Assembly (NCBI GenBank): GCA_007131245.1
Contig: SLQX01000016.1
Location: 1 to 59,047, forward strand
Direction of reading: 5' to 3'
Origin: Bacteroidales bacterium
GTDB taxonomy: Bacteria > Bacteroidota > Bacteroidia > Bacteroidales > UBA7960
DNA: 59,047 nucleotides
The notes under the pieces are model-generated. The model had not been told where the DNA came from, did not search any database, and was given only the letters and a program-made list of their open reading frames with translations. The first letter of the stretch is position 1; every line of letters starts with the position of its first letter. Positions 41,783 to 51,544 of the stretch are shown piece by piece. The position numbers were made by a program, and so were the translations under genes.

Positions 41783-43270
41783 ATGAAAAAAACGGCTCTT
41801 ATCCTCCTGCTATTAATTTTGATGCTTTCCTGCTCCCGTCCAATTGAGTCACCCACAGTGCTCAGGGACTTTAAAACTCCGGCTATATCGGAAGAAGTAG
41901 TCGATTTTTCAATAACAGCTGCAGAAAAATCCCGGCATCTATCCTTTGAAAGCATAGGCACAAGTGTTGAGGGCAAAGACCTTGTGACCATAAGTGCATC
42001 CAAAGATGTTCCTCCAGACTCCATCCTGAGGGTACTTATTTTTGCCCAGCAACATGGCAACGAACAAAGCGGCAAGGAGGCCAGCATGCTGCTAATCCGC
42101 GATTTGGCACAGGGCAAAAATCTACACTGGCTCGACAGGATGCAGCTCTGGATAATTCCGCAGCTCAATCCAGATGGTGCCGACAGAAATGAAAGACGTA
42201 ATAGTGAGGGAGTTGATTTAAACCGGGATCACATCTTACAGCATGCTCCCGAAACCCGGGCACTCCATGAATTATTTAGAAGAATTCAACCCCACGTTAC
42301 CATCGACATCCATGAGTACCAGCCATATCGTGAGTCGTGGAGAGAGTTCGGCGGATATAAGAATTTTGATGTGCAGGTTGGGGTACCAACCAATCCAAAT
42401 GTAAGCGAAAACCTCCGTGAGTTTGCCCTTCGTCAGGCCCTTCCGGCAATAGAAACCCATCTTAACGAAAAAGGATTCAGCTTTCACAATTACCTGGTAG
42501 GTCCCGTACCCACTGAAGGTCGTACACGCCATTCCACAGTGGATTTTGATGATGGCAGGCAAAGTTTTGCCATTTTAAATACCCTTTCATTCATTTATGA
42601 AGGGATAAACGGACCTGATGGGTATGTTGAAAACCTTCAGGAACGCACCTATAGTCAGGTTGAAGCACTCACAGCCCTGCTCGATTTTTTACATCATAAT
42701 GCCCCTGAAGCTGTTGACAAAGTAGATAAAGCCAGGAAGAAGCTAATACAGTACGAGCCTGGAAAAGAAGTGGCTATCCGAATGGAACACTTTCCCGACG
42801 GAAGGGAGCTGTTACTCCCCCTGACTTCTTCACATACAGGAAATGATACAATTGTAACTGTAAAAAACTATCTTCCCAGGGCAGAACCCGTGGTGAGTGT
42901 AACACAACCCAGGGCTTACCTGGTGCCTGTTGCTGACAGCCTGTTAATGGACTTTTTACACCTTCATCATATAAATTACCAGAAAGATTTTGATACTCCA
43001 GGTAAAAAGGTTCACAGGTATTTTGTTGAAAATATTGAAACAAGTGTGGATGAAGAGCTGGAAAACCGTCTGCCGTCTGTTACCAGGAAAGAAAAAACCC
43101 CCGGTATGTTGGCAGGCGATTATGTTTGGGTACCCACAAGCCAGATACATGCCTACTTTCTGGTAAGCCTGTTTGAACCAAAATCTATGCTGGGCCTGGC
43201 CCAACGAAAGGGATACGAGTATTTGCTGGAAGAAGGAAATTATTTCCCGATATTAAGAGTGGAGAATTAA
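41783..43270 (+). CDS. M14 zinc carboxypeptidase-like lipoprotein
   Basis: Lipobox LMLSC, QHGNE, NPDG, RRN, DLNRD, DIHE; TATATTTG at 41731-41738. Confidence 0.85.
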   Translation: MKKTALILLLLILMLSCSRPIESPTVLRDFKTPAISEEVVDFSITAAEKSRHLSFESIGTSVEGKDLVTISASKDVPPDSILRVLIFAQQHGNEQSGKEASMLLIRDLAQGKNLHWLDRMQLWIIPQLNPDGADRNERRNSEGVDLNRDHILQHAPETRALHELFRRIQPHVTIDIHEYQPYRESWREFGGYKNFDVQVGVPTNPNVSENLREFALRQALPAIETHLNEKGFSFHNYLVGPVPTEGRTRHSTVDFDDGRQSFAILNTLSFIYEGINGPDGYVENLQERTYSQVEALTALLDFLHHNAPEAVDKVDKARKKLIQYEPGKEVAIRMEHFPDGRELLLPLTSSHTGNDTIVTVKNYLPRAEPVVSVTQPRAYLVPVADSLLMDFLHLHHINYQKDFDTPGKKVHRYFVENIETSVDEELENRLPSVTRKEKTPGMLAGDYVWVPTSQIHAYFLVSLFEPKSMLGLAQRKGYEYLLEEGNYFPILRVEN

Positions 43271-43334
43271 AATGGCTTACGGGATGTGAATAGAAAATAA
43301 TTCGTACTTTTGCAGCCGAAAAAATCTGGCAATT

Positions 43335-44417
43335 ATGGCGTTAAAATGTGGAATTGTAGGGCTTTCCGGCACCGGCAAAACAACAGTATTCAACTGTTTA
43401 TCGAAAAGCAAAGTGGGCGCAGGAGCTCCCAAAGCAACCAACCTTGGGCAAATAGAGGTACCCGACCCACGTCTGGAGAAACTTTACGAATTGGGCAAGT
43501 CGGCCAAAATGGTACCCACCACCGTTGAGATAGTGGATATACCCGGGCTGATGAAAGGAAGCAGCCAAATAAAGGGGGGCAGCCAGTTTTTGGCAGATAT
43601 CCGGCAAACCGATGCCATCCTGCATGTATTAAGGTGTTTTGACGATGAAATGGTTCCTCATCTGGAGGGGAGTGTCAACCCGGTGAGAGACAAAGAGATA
43701 ATCGATTTAGAGCTCATCAGTCGTGACATCGAAACACTGGAAAAGAAAATTTTGCGACTTGAGAAAGTAGCCAAAAGTGGCGATAAGGATGCAAAAACAG
43801 GGATTGAGGTAATCAACCAGCTCAAAGACCATCTTGAGGGAGGTGAGAGTGCTCGCTCCTATGACATGGAAGAAAAGAACCAGAAGTATATTGATGATTG
43901 CTTCCTGCTTACTGTAAAACCTGTTCTTTATGTATGTAATGTTGACGAGGGTTCAGCTGCCAGTGGCAACGATTATGTGGAACAGGTGAAAAAATCCATT
44001 GAAGGAGAGGATTCGGGATTACTTATCATTGCAGCCCAGGCGGAAGCAGATATTGCCGAACTGGAAGATGAATCCGATCGCCAGGAGTTTCTTAAAGACC
44101 TGGGACTGGAAGAACCGGGTGTGAATAAGCTCATAAGGGCTGCCTACGATCTATTGAATTTAAAAACATTTTTTACCGTAGGCCCCAAAGAGGCCCATGC
44201 CTGGACCATCAAAGAGGGGATGACAGCACCCCAGGCGGCCGGGGTTATCCACAGCGATCTGGAAAGAGGCTTTATCAGGGCTGAGGTAATGAAGTATGAC
44301 GATTTTGTTGAGCTGGGATCGGAGCATGCCTGCAAAACAGCTGGGAAGTTCTACATTGAAGGTAAAAACTACATCGTAAAGGATGGTGACATTCTCAATG
44401 TCCGTTTTAATGTATAA
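43335..44417 (+). CDS. ychF: YchF/Ola1 family ATPase (divergent)
   Basis: CGIVGL..GKT, VPDPRL, DIPGL, NVDE G4, APQAAGVIHSD..RGFIRAE, EGKNYIVKDGD TGS domain; TACTTTTG at 43305-43312. Confidence 0.92.
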   Translation: MALKCGIVGLSGTGKTTVFNCLSKSKVGAGAPKATNLGQIEVPDPRLEKLYELGKSAKMVPTTVEIVDIPGLMKGSSQIKGGSQFLADIRQTDAILHVLRCFDDEMVPHLEGSVNPVRDKEIIDLELISRDIETLEKKILRLEKVAKSGDKDAKTGIEVINQLKDHLEGGESARSYDMEEKNQKYIDDCFLLTVKPVLYVCNVDEGSAASGNDYVEQVKKSIEGEDSGLLIIAAQAEADIAELEDESDRQEFLKDLGLEEPGVNKLIRAAYDLLNLKTFFTVGPKEAHAWTIKEGMTAPQAAGVIHSDLERGFIRAEVMKYDDFVELGSEHACKTAGKFYIEGKNYIVKDGDILNVRFNV

Positions 44418-44583
44418 AGGTAAAAACCTTTCCCCGATCAGTTACATCTCAAAACAAAGCATTCTTGGTGCAGGTAGCTTGCGGTCATTTATCTTATGAA
44501 GCACTCCACATCTAACCTAACCGTAAAACAAACCTTTGAGTTTTTAAGGAATTTGGGCCCGGGGTATGGCAAAATAGAGTTTT

Positions 44584-47500
44584 TCAAAGATTGAGCTTAT
44601 TAACCAGATTTGCAAAGTCGTTTTCTTTCACTGGTTTGGTAATATACTCATCCATACCCATGCTCATATATTTTTCTCTGTCACCTTCAAAGGCATTTGC
44701 ACTCAAACCAACTATGGGAGGAAGGTTGGTATATTTTTCTCTAAGGCGGTGAGTTGCTGCAATTCCATCCATCACAGGCATCTGAATATCCATCAGTACC
44801 AGGTCAAATTTGCCGGGCTCAAAGAATTCAAGCGCTTGTTGTCCGTTTTCAACGATATCCACCTTGTGGTTCTGAGAATGGAGAAGCAACTGAATAACTT
44901 TTTGATTGACTTTCTTATCTTCCACCAAAAGCACCCGCAGTGATTTTTCGCCAACAACCTCTTTAATGGGCTGTTTCAAGTCATCTTTTTTGGGCATGTC
45001 AACTTTTTTTGCCCTGAAGGTAAACCAAAAAGTACTTCCCTTGCCCGGTGTGCTTTTGAAATCAACATTACCTCCCAGTAATTTTGCAACCTCCCTGCAT
45101 ATGCTAAGCCCCAGGCCTGTACCTTCATGGGATCTATCATAAGTTTGCTCGGCCTGGTAAAAAGGTTGAAAAAGCTCTTTCTGCTTCTCCGGTGATATCC
45201 CTATTCCTGTATCAGATACAGAAACTTTAATGTAACAATAAGATTTTTGGGTTTCAATGGGTTGCTGAAAATCCATAGCAGATACATGGATATTAATTTT
45301 GCCTTTCGGGGTAAATTTCACCGCATTGGACAAAAGGTTACTGATAATTTGAAAAACCCGCTTATAATCACTTTGGATATATGGAGGCACATTTTGTTCA
45401 ATGGAGATATTCAAATGAATCTCTTTTTTGCTGATGGAAAAGAAGAGTTTTTCTGTTTCGCGAAAAAGCTTCTCAACAGCAAAAGCCTCCTCTTTGATAT
45501 TCACCTTGCCGGCCTCAATCTTTGAATAATCCAGCACCAGGTTAATGGTTTCCCGCAGGTTTTCTCCTGAATGTATGAGCGTATCCAAATAATCCGATTG
45601 CTCCGGTGTCAGGGATGTTTTCTTCATAACCTCTGCCATACCCAATATCCCGGTCAGCGGAGTGCGTATTTCGTGGCTCATATTGGCAAGAAAATTTTTT
45701 TTGAACTCCAGGGATTTTTGGGCAACCTCAACCTCCTTTTGTAATAATAATTCTTCCTGCTTTTTTTCTTCCCGTTTTCGGGCTTGCTCCTTTCGCCAAA
45801 AATATACCCAAAAAGAAAACCCCAGCAGGAGAATAAAATACATGGCCAAAGCCCAGGTACTACTCCACCAGGGCCTTTTTATGGTAAAGGGAAACTGCAG
45901 TTCCTCACTCGTAGAACCGTCAATATTCACCGCTTTCACTCTAAAATTGTAGCTGCCAGGTGAAAGATTGCCGTAAAATGCTCTTCTGGCATAAGTAACA
46001 TTGTTCCAGTCATTTTCAAAACCTTCCAGCTTGTAGGTATAGCCAACTTTGCCTTTGGCGGCAGGAGAGATCCCTACAAAGTTGAAACAAATATAATTGT
46101 TGTAATGGGCCAGGGTGAGATTATGTGGCAGTCCATACCATGGGGAGACTCCATCAAAATTAAAATTGCTGATTTCCATACCATTGGCTAATCGAAGCAA
46201 AGTATCCTGGTTATGATAAAACGCTAACCATGGTACAGATTCATTAAACAACCCCAAAGCCTGTATTTGTACTTCGGGAGCCTCTTCTGACAGGGGCAGC
46301 TTATGGGGGTTAAAAACCGTAAGAATATCATTGGAACCAATCCAAATGGTATTATCCGAAGCTTTGTACATAGCACTGGAGTTAACCCCTGTACCCATAA
46401 AGCCGTCATTACGGCTGTATGCTTTAAAAAATATCCCTTTGGAGTGAGCCCAGGAGGTAGTGTAATAATTTCCATTGCCCGATTTTTCTATATAGTCAGC
46501 ATCTAGAAATTGATTTAACCCCAGGCGTGTTCCTATCCATACATTCCTGTTGTTGTCCTCAATAAATGAATAAACAAAGTTATTGCTCAAACCATGTCGT
46601 TCAGTAAAGTGAAACAATCTATTCTCCTTTATCTTAATCAGACCACTTCCATACGTGCCAGCCCATATAGTGTTTTCACCATCAATAAACAACGACAAAT
46701 ACTCATTGGCAGGCAACCCCTCATTTTCTGTATAGTGAACAAACGAGTCCCCATCAAACATATTGATACCGCCTCTCCGCGTAGCAAACCACATATTGCC
46801 ACTTTGATCCTCTGCTATTTCCACAACATGATCGCTGGACAAACCCTGCTCGGTTGAATAATTTATGAAACGCTCACCATCAAAACAGAACACCCCATCT
46901 CCACCTGTGGCAAGCCATATATCCCCGTTACTGGATTGCTGAATGTGAAGAACTCTACTTGTGGCCAACAGAGCATCCCGGGGCGGAAGATAAAAATATC
47001 CGTCATCAAAAATGGCTAATCCATGATTCAAAAATCCCAGCCAAAGTTTGCCTGAATCCTCCTTAAACACGCTTCTTAGCCGGTTATCGGGCAAGCCATG
47101 CTCTGTGGTATACTGTAACAAATACCCTTTGTGCAATTTAAACAAACCCTGCGAATGGGATCCCAGCCAGGGATAATCACTATCCTCTGCTGCTGTGATT
47201 GACCGGATAAAACCATGGGGAAGTCCCTCATACTCACTATAATGACGAAAAACATCTCCCTGGTAATAGCCCAGTCCACCCCCATAGGTTCCAAACCATA
47301 AATTGCTGTTTTTATCCTCGGAAAGCACGGTAATAAAACTGTTTATCAATCCCTGGGCTTCTGTAAATGATGTAAAACTTTGCCCATCGTACCTGATAAT
47401 TCCGGCCTGCCGTGTACCAATCCAAACATCCCCCCCGGAACTGGTAAGCAGGCACAGTATATCATCATCAGGAAAACCTGCATTTTGTCCGTAATGTGTA

Positions 47501-48531
47501 AAAAAAACGCCATCAAAAGTCATCAGACCGCCGCCGTCGGTCCCTACCCACATAAGACCATTATCATCCTGGGCGAAATCAAGGATATAGTTACTACTTA
47601 GCCCCTGCTGGGTTGTATAATTGAAAAAATGCTCACCGTTAAATACCGATATACCGCCTCCTCGTGTACCCAACCAAATGTTTTGATCAGCATCTTCTTC
47701 TATGGTATAAACAACATCATGGGCCAACCCATGGTAACTGGTAAATTGAGTAAAAAGGTCCCCATCATGCCGAACCACACCACCCCCAAAGGTTCCCAGC
47801 CAGATGTTTCCCTGGGAGTCTTCAAAAATAGTCTCCACACTTGCTATGGGAAAACCTTGTTCTTCATCAAAGACAGAAAATTTTTTCCCATCGAAAATCA
47901 CCAGGCCGGATCTTCTGGTACCCATCCAAATCCTTCCATCATCGGTAGCATGAACCGTTAAAATATCGTTTTCAGGTAACCCTTGCTCGGTGGTATAATG
48001 ACTAAAAGTTGAACCATCAAATCTAATCAGCCCACCACCGTATGTTCCCAACCATAAATTCCCCATGGGATCCTCTGCAAGGGCACTGATATCATCATGG
48101 GCCAGTCCCTGGTGACGCGTATAAAAACCAAAGCTGTAAGAGTTTTCCGCTTTCAGGTAAGGATCTTTTGAAGTGGTAATAACAGGAAGGCCGGTCCTGA
48201 CAGTTTTGGGTGAAATTTCCACTGGAACAGGAGCTGTAAAACCCTGGGCAATTCGCACCCTTGCATCACCCGCACGGGTGACTTGTTTTGTTGCATCTAA
48301 AGTAACAGGTTCTTTTAAAGGAATGATTTGAGGATCAGCAGCAGTTACTTTTTCCAGCTGATTGGCTCTTAGCATGTATGAAGAGTCGGGTTCAGTGGCA
48401 GCGATAAGAGTACCTTCTATAGGCATGAAAGGGATAAGATGGCTATCCACTTCCTCTCTGTCATGAATAACCTCAGAACAAGCAGATAAAACCAATACAA
48501 TTACGGGGGCAAAAAAAAGCGATACTTTCAT
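44584..48531 (-). CDS. Hybrid sensor histidine kinase: beta-propeller (Reg_prop) repeats, Y_Y_Y, TM, HisKA, HATPase, receiver
   Basis: Many D..GN.W.GT.GGG repeats, YTYKLEG, PWW followed by TM, FLANMSHEIRTPL, NAVKFT, DTGIG, GTGLGL, MDIQMPVMDG. Confidence 0.93.
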   Translation of the reverse strand: MKVSLFFAPVIVLVLSACSEVIHDREEVDSHLIPFMPIEGTLIAATEPDSSYMLRANQLEKVTAADPQIIPLKEPVTLDATKQVTRAGDARVRIAQGFTAPVPVEISPKTVRTGLPVITTSKDPYLKAENSYSFGFYTRHQGLAHDDISALAEDPMGNLWLGTYGGGLIRFDGSTFSHYTTEQGLPENDILTVHATDDGRIWMGTRRSGLVIFDGKKFSVFDEEQGFPIASVETIFEDSQGNIWLGTFGGGVVRHDGDLFTQFTSYHGLAHDVVYTIEEDADQNIWLGTRGGGISVFNGEHFFNYTTQQGLSSNYILDFAQDDNGLMWVGTDGGGLMTFDGVFFTHYGQNAGFPDDDILCLLTSSGGDVWIGTRQAGIIRYDGQSFTSFTEAQGLINSFITVLSEDKNSNLWFGTYGGGLGYYQGDVFRHYSEYEGLPHGFIRSITAAEDSDYPWLGSHSQGLFKLHKGYLLQYTTEHGLPDNRLRSVFKEDSGKLWLGFLNHGLAIFDDGYFYLPPRDALLATSRVLHIQQSSNGDIWLATGGDGVFCFDGERFINYSTEQGLSSDHVVEIAEDQSGNMWFATRRGGINMFDGDSFVHYTENEGLPANEYLSLFIDGENTIWAGTYGSGLIKIKENRLFHFTERHGLSNNFVYSFIEDNNRNVWIGTRLGLNQFLDADYIEKSGNGNYYTTSWAHSKGIFFKAYSRNDGFMGTGVNSSAMYKASDNTIWIGSNDILTVFNPHKLPLSEEAPEVQIQALGLFNESVPWLAFYHNQDTLLRLANGMEISNFNFDGVSPWYGLPHNLTLAHYNNYICFNFVGISPAAKGKVGYTYKLEGFENDWNNVTYARRAFYGNLSPGSYNFRVKAVNIDGSTSEELQFPFTIKRPWWSSTWALAMYFILLLGFSFWVYFWRKEQARKREEKKQEELLLQKEVEVAQKSLEFKKNFLANMSHEIRTPLTGILGMAEVMKKTSLTPEQSDYLDTLIHSGENLRETINLVLDYSKIEAGKVNIKEEAFAVEKLFRETEKLFFSISKKEIHLNISIEQNVPPYIQSDYKRVFQIISNLLSNAVKFTPKGKINIHVSAMDFQQPIETQKSYCYIKVSVSDTGIGISPEKQKELFQPFYQAEQTYDRSHEGTGLGLSICREVAKLLGGNVDFKSTPGKGSTFWFTFRAKKVDMPKKDDLKQPIKEVVGEKSLRVLLVEDKKVNQKVIQLLLHSQNHKVDIVENGQQALEFFEPGKFDLVLMDIQMPVMDGIAATHRLREKYTNLPPIVGLSANAFEGDREKYMSMGMDEYITKPVKENDFANLVNKLNL

Positions 48532-48743
48532 TGCTTATAATGTTATAACCAGAAAAATGGTATTCAACTGATAAAGCAAACCTTACACTTCCCCTTATTC
48601 AAATCATACTCAATAGCTTTTTTCTTTTAATATTTGAAAATCATATCAATTGCTTGTTCCCTGGTCTTTTCCAAAAACATCCATTGATTTTTATATTAAA
48701 AAACCCATTAAACATCAGACTTTCACAAAAGCATTCATTGAAT

Positions 48744-49439
48744 TCAACCCTCCTGCCAGCGGTGTTTGATAAACATGATTCCACCCACATCCATCAATGG
48801 GCCATTATACAATGGTATGATTTCAATTTCATGTTCCAAAGAACTTTTAAATTCCTCTCCTCCCGGTAAGTTGTTCAAACTACCACAAATATATAGTTTT
48901 TTCATCCAAAAACCACAACAGCCACCGAAAAAGCCATTGGCAACCCCCTTTAGCAAAACTTTTGAAGGCTCAACAAAAACACTTTCAATCTCCTGTTTTG
49001 TTAATACTTTTTCAATCCCTCTGTCTGAAGTAATCATTGTCTTTCCGGCCTGAAGGGTGTTGCACCGGACATAACCCTGCCGGCAATGAATCAATGGATA
49101 TCCGAGATTTTTAATAACAGGATCCGTATATTTTGTGTTATGGAGTATCCCCTGCGAGGTATAAAGCGCATTGTAATGAGCAGTAAAAGGGTATTTCTGC
49201 CCTACAATAAAGGCCCCTTCCTGAAAAGATATACCTTCCTCCTGCAGTAACTGTTTATACTTTCCTGGCAAATTAGGAGCCACAACCAACCCTCCCGGCC
49301 ATTGAAAAAAAAATATATCAGGGTGCCCGGAAATGGCATCATAGCAAATACCATCAGTGGCAAATTCAACGACTTTACCTACTTGTGACAATTTATATTT
49401 AGCCTTATCCGGCGCCTTTTGATCAATGATAATCAGCAT
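48744..49439 (-). CDS. DUF6873-like protein (predicted GME/pentein fold)
   Basis: Motifs SGHPDI, QGYVRC, ITSDRGI, GFFGGCCG, DVGGI resemble this family (from recall, not a search); overlaps the radical SAM gene by 17 nt. Confidence 0.6.
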   Translation of the reverse strand: MLIIIDQKAPDKAKYKLSQVGKVVEFATDGICYDAISGHPDIFFFQWPGGLVVAPNLPGKYKQLLQEEGISFQEGAFIVGQKYPFTAHYNALYTSQGILHNTKYTDPVIKNLGYPLIHCRQGYVRCNTLQAGKTMITSDRGIEKVLTKQEIESVFVEPSKVLLKGVANGFFGGCCGFWMKKLYICGSLNNLPGGEEFKSSLEHEIEIIPLYNGPLMDVGGIMFIKHRWQEG

Positions 49440-50427
49440 ACAATTGGTTTGGATTTACTTCCGTACGAGCCTGAAAAACAACTTTGTCAAATTGCCCTTC
49501 CAGCCTTTTGCGGTTGAGGGCTTTATGCCCTATTGCTGCATTTATATTGGATGGATGCACTGAAACTACAAGTAATTTACCTTTTTTTACAGCCACTGCA
49601 TTTGTGATTTTTTTCTCCCACACTTTGGTTAATACCAGCTCTCCAAAAGCCGGATGAAAAGGGCCTCCAAGCATTGTGTTTTTATCATAAAAGCCTTCTG
49701 AGGGGTGCAAACCCATTCTTAGTACCTTTATCTTCCGGTTTTCAAAGAACAAATATAGCTGAGCACACAGGTCTACAGCCTCTTCAAGAGATTGAGGCTG
49801 GTGGTTTTCAGCCTTGTATAGTCGGGCTAAGTGAGTATCTTTGATAACCAGTGTGGGGTAGATGCGAACGGTATCGGCCTTTAACTGTGTAATTTTTTTC
49901 GCTGTTTCCATGGCTTTATCGGGAGTATCTTTTGGCAATCCGGTCATCATCTGTAAACCCAACTCAAATCCCATTGCATTGATGGCTGCTGCGGCCTGCT
50001 CAACATCTGCCACCAAATGCCCCCTACCCGATAGTTCAAGTATTTCATCATCCAGGGATTGCGCTCCCAGCTCAATAGAACGCACACCATGGCTTTTCAG
50101 GTTTTCCAGAATTTTTGCTGAAATATAATCGGGGCGGGTAGATAATCTTATACCCTTTACCTTTTGGGAAGCAATATAAGGCTCGACCAGAGACAAATAC
50201 TGGTTCTGTTTTTCCATATCTAACCCCGTAAAGCTTCCTCCAAAAAAAGCCACTTCTACAAAGCTTTTTTGCCATGGTATGGTTGACAGGTAGCTTTCGA
50301 TGGTCTTGATAACATCCTGGCTTTGGGGTAAAGCAAGTTTACCGGTAATGTTATACTGATTACAATATACACAGCGAAAAGGACAGGCCAATTCCGGAAT
50401 AAATATGGGAATATTAAAATATCGCAA
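49423..50427 (-). CDS. Radical SAM protein, Elp3/YhcC-like without acetyltransferase domain
   Basis: CPFRCVYC CxxxCxxC motif, AFFGGSFTG, RLSTRPD, ELGAQS, GLP, RIYPTLV, GPFHPAFGEL; TTG start; TAGCTTTG on the minus strand at 50506-50513. Confidence 0.88.
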   Translation of the reverse strand: MRYFNIPIFIPELACPFRCVYCNQYNITGKLALPQSQDVIKTIESYLSTIPWQKSFVEVAFFGGSFTGLDMEKQNQYLSLVEPYIASQKVKGIRLSTRPDYISAKILENLKSHGVRSIELGAQSLDDEILELSGRGHLVADVEQAAAAINAMGFELGLQMMTGLPKDTPDKAMETAKKITQLKADTVRIYPTLVIKDTHLARLYKAENHQPQSLEEAVDLCAQLYLFFENRKIKVLRMGLHPSEGFYDKNTMLGGPFHPAFGELVLTKVWEKKITNAVAVKKGKLLVVSVHPSNINAAIGHKALNRKRLEGQFDKVVFQARTEVNPNQLYADYH

Positions 50428-50600
50428 GAAGGAACATTTTTATTATAGAAGGAATACAAAACAGTAGCATTGTAGACAAGCTAGAGTTTATTTTTGTACC
50501 TCAGGCAAAGCTAAATAAAAAGCCAGATAAAAAGTAGTTATCGCAATATAAATTACTTCATATGGGGTGAAAAGGATATCTTTGCGCCAAAATTAAAAAA

Positions 50601-51494
50601 ATGGAAATCAGAATTGGAGAGTTAGCCGCCCTGGGTACAGCCTTTTGCTGGACCATCACTGCCATATCTTTTGAAACAGCCAGCCGTAAAGTAGGAAGTG
50701 TGGCAGTAAATATCATCAGGTTGGTTATGGCCCTTGCACTACTCAGTTTTTTTTCATGGCTCAACAGAGGCATGTTTTTCCCAACTGACGCCACTGCTTA
50801 TATGTGGTACTGGTTGTTACTTTCAGGAATTGTAGGTTTTGTAATTGGTGACCTTTTTCTTTTTGAGGCTTTTACCCTTATCGGCTCAAGACTCTCCATG
50901 CTGATAATGACCCTGGTGCCTCCTATCACAGCAACACTTGGCTGGTTTTTAATGAACGAACAAATGACCTGGCTCAACATTTTGGGTATGGCCATGACCA
51001 TATCAGGGATTGCACTGGTTATTTTTCAGAAGCATAACTCAAAAGGGGAAAAAATCAGCTATCCTGTAAAAGGTTTGCTGTTTGCTTTTCTGGGTGCAGC
51101 AGGACAAGCCACAGGCTATGTACTGAGCAAATACGGGATGGGTGATTTTGACCCTTTCGCAGCCACACAAATTAGGGTAATGGCAGGGATCTTTGGATTT
51201 ACTATCGTAGTGTCATTTTTCAAAAGATGGAGAGCGGTTTTTGGAGCCTTAAAACAAAGAAAACCCATGTTGCTTATGTTGCTTGGAGCTACCTTTGGCC
51301 CGTTTATAGGTGTTTCACTGTCCCTGTTGGCAGCCCAAAATACAACCACCGGTATTGCCTCTACCATCATGGCCATCACGCCAATCCTGATCATTCCACC
51401 AACCATGATTTTCTTTAAACAATCTGTAAGCTGGAAAGAAATTGTTGGGGCTATAATAAGTGTGGGTGGTGTATCGTTATTCTTTATCTTCTGA
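50601..51494 (+). CDS. DMT/EamA family transporter
   Basis: About 10 TM in two repeats, GELAAL, SGIVGFVIGD; TATCTTTG at 50577-50584. Confidence 0.9.
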   Translation: MEIRIGELAALGTAFCWTITAISFETASRKVGSVAVNIIRLVMALALLSFFSWLNRGMFFPTDATAYMWYWLLLSGIVGFVIGDLFLFEAFTLIGSRLSMLIMTLVPPITATLGWFLMNEQMTWLNILGMAMTISGIALVIFQKHNSKGEKISYPVKGLLFAFLGAAGQATGYVLSKYGMGDFDPFAATQIRVMAGIFGFTIVVSFFKRWRAVFGALKQRKPMLLMLLGATFGPFIGVSLSLLAAQNTTTGIASTIMAITPILIIPPTMIFFKQSVSWKEIVGAIISVGGVSLFFIF

Positions 51495-51544
51495 CAAAAA
51501 GAAATACGTCCAAATACAACGCGTAGTAAATCCTGAGCGCTATT

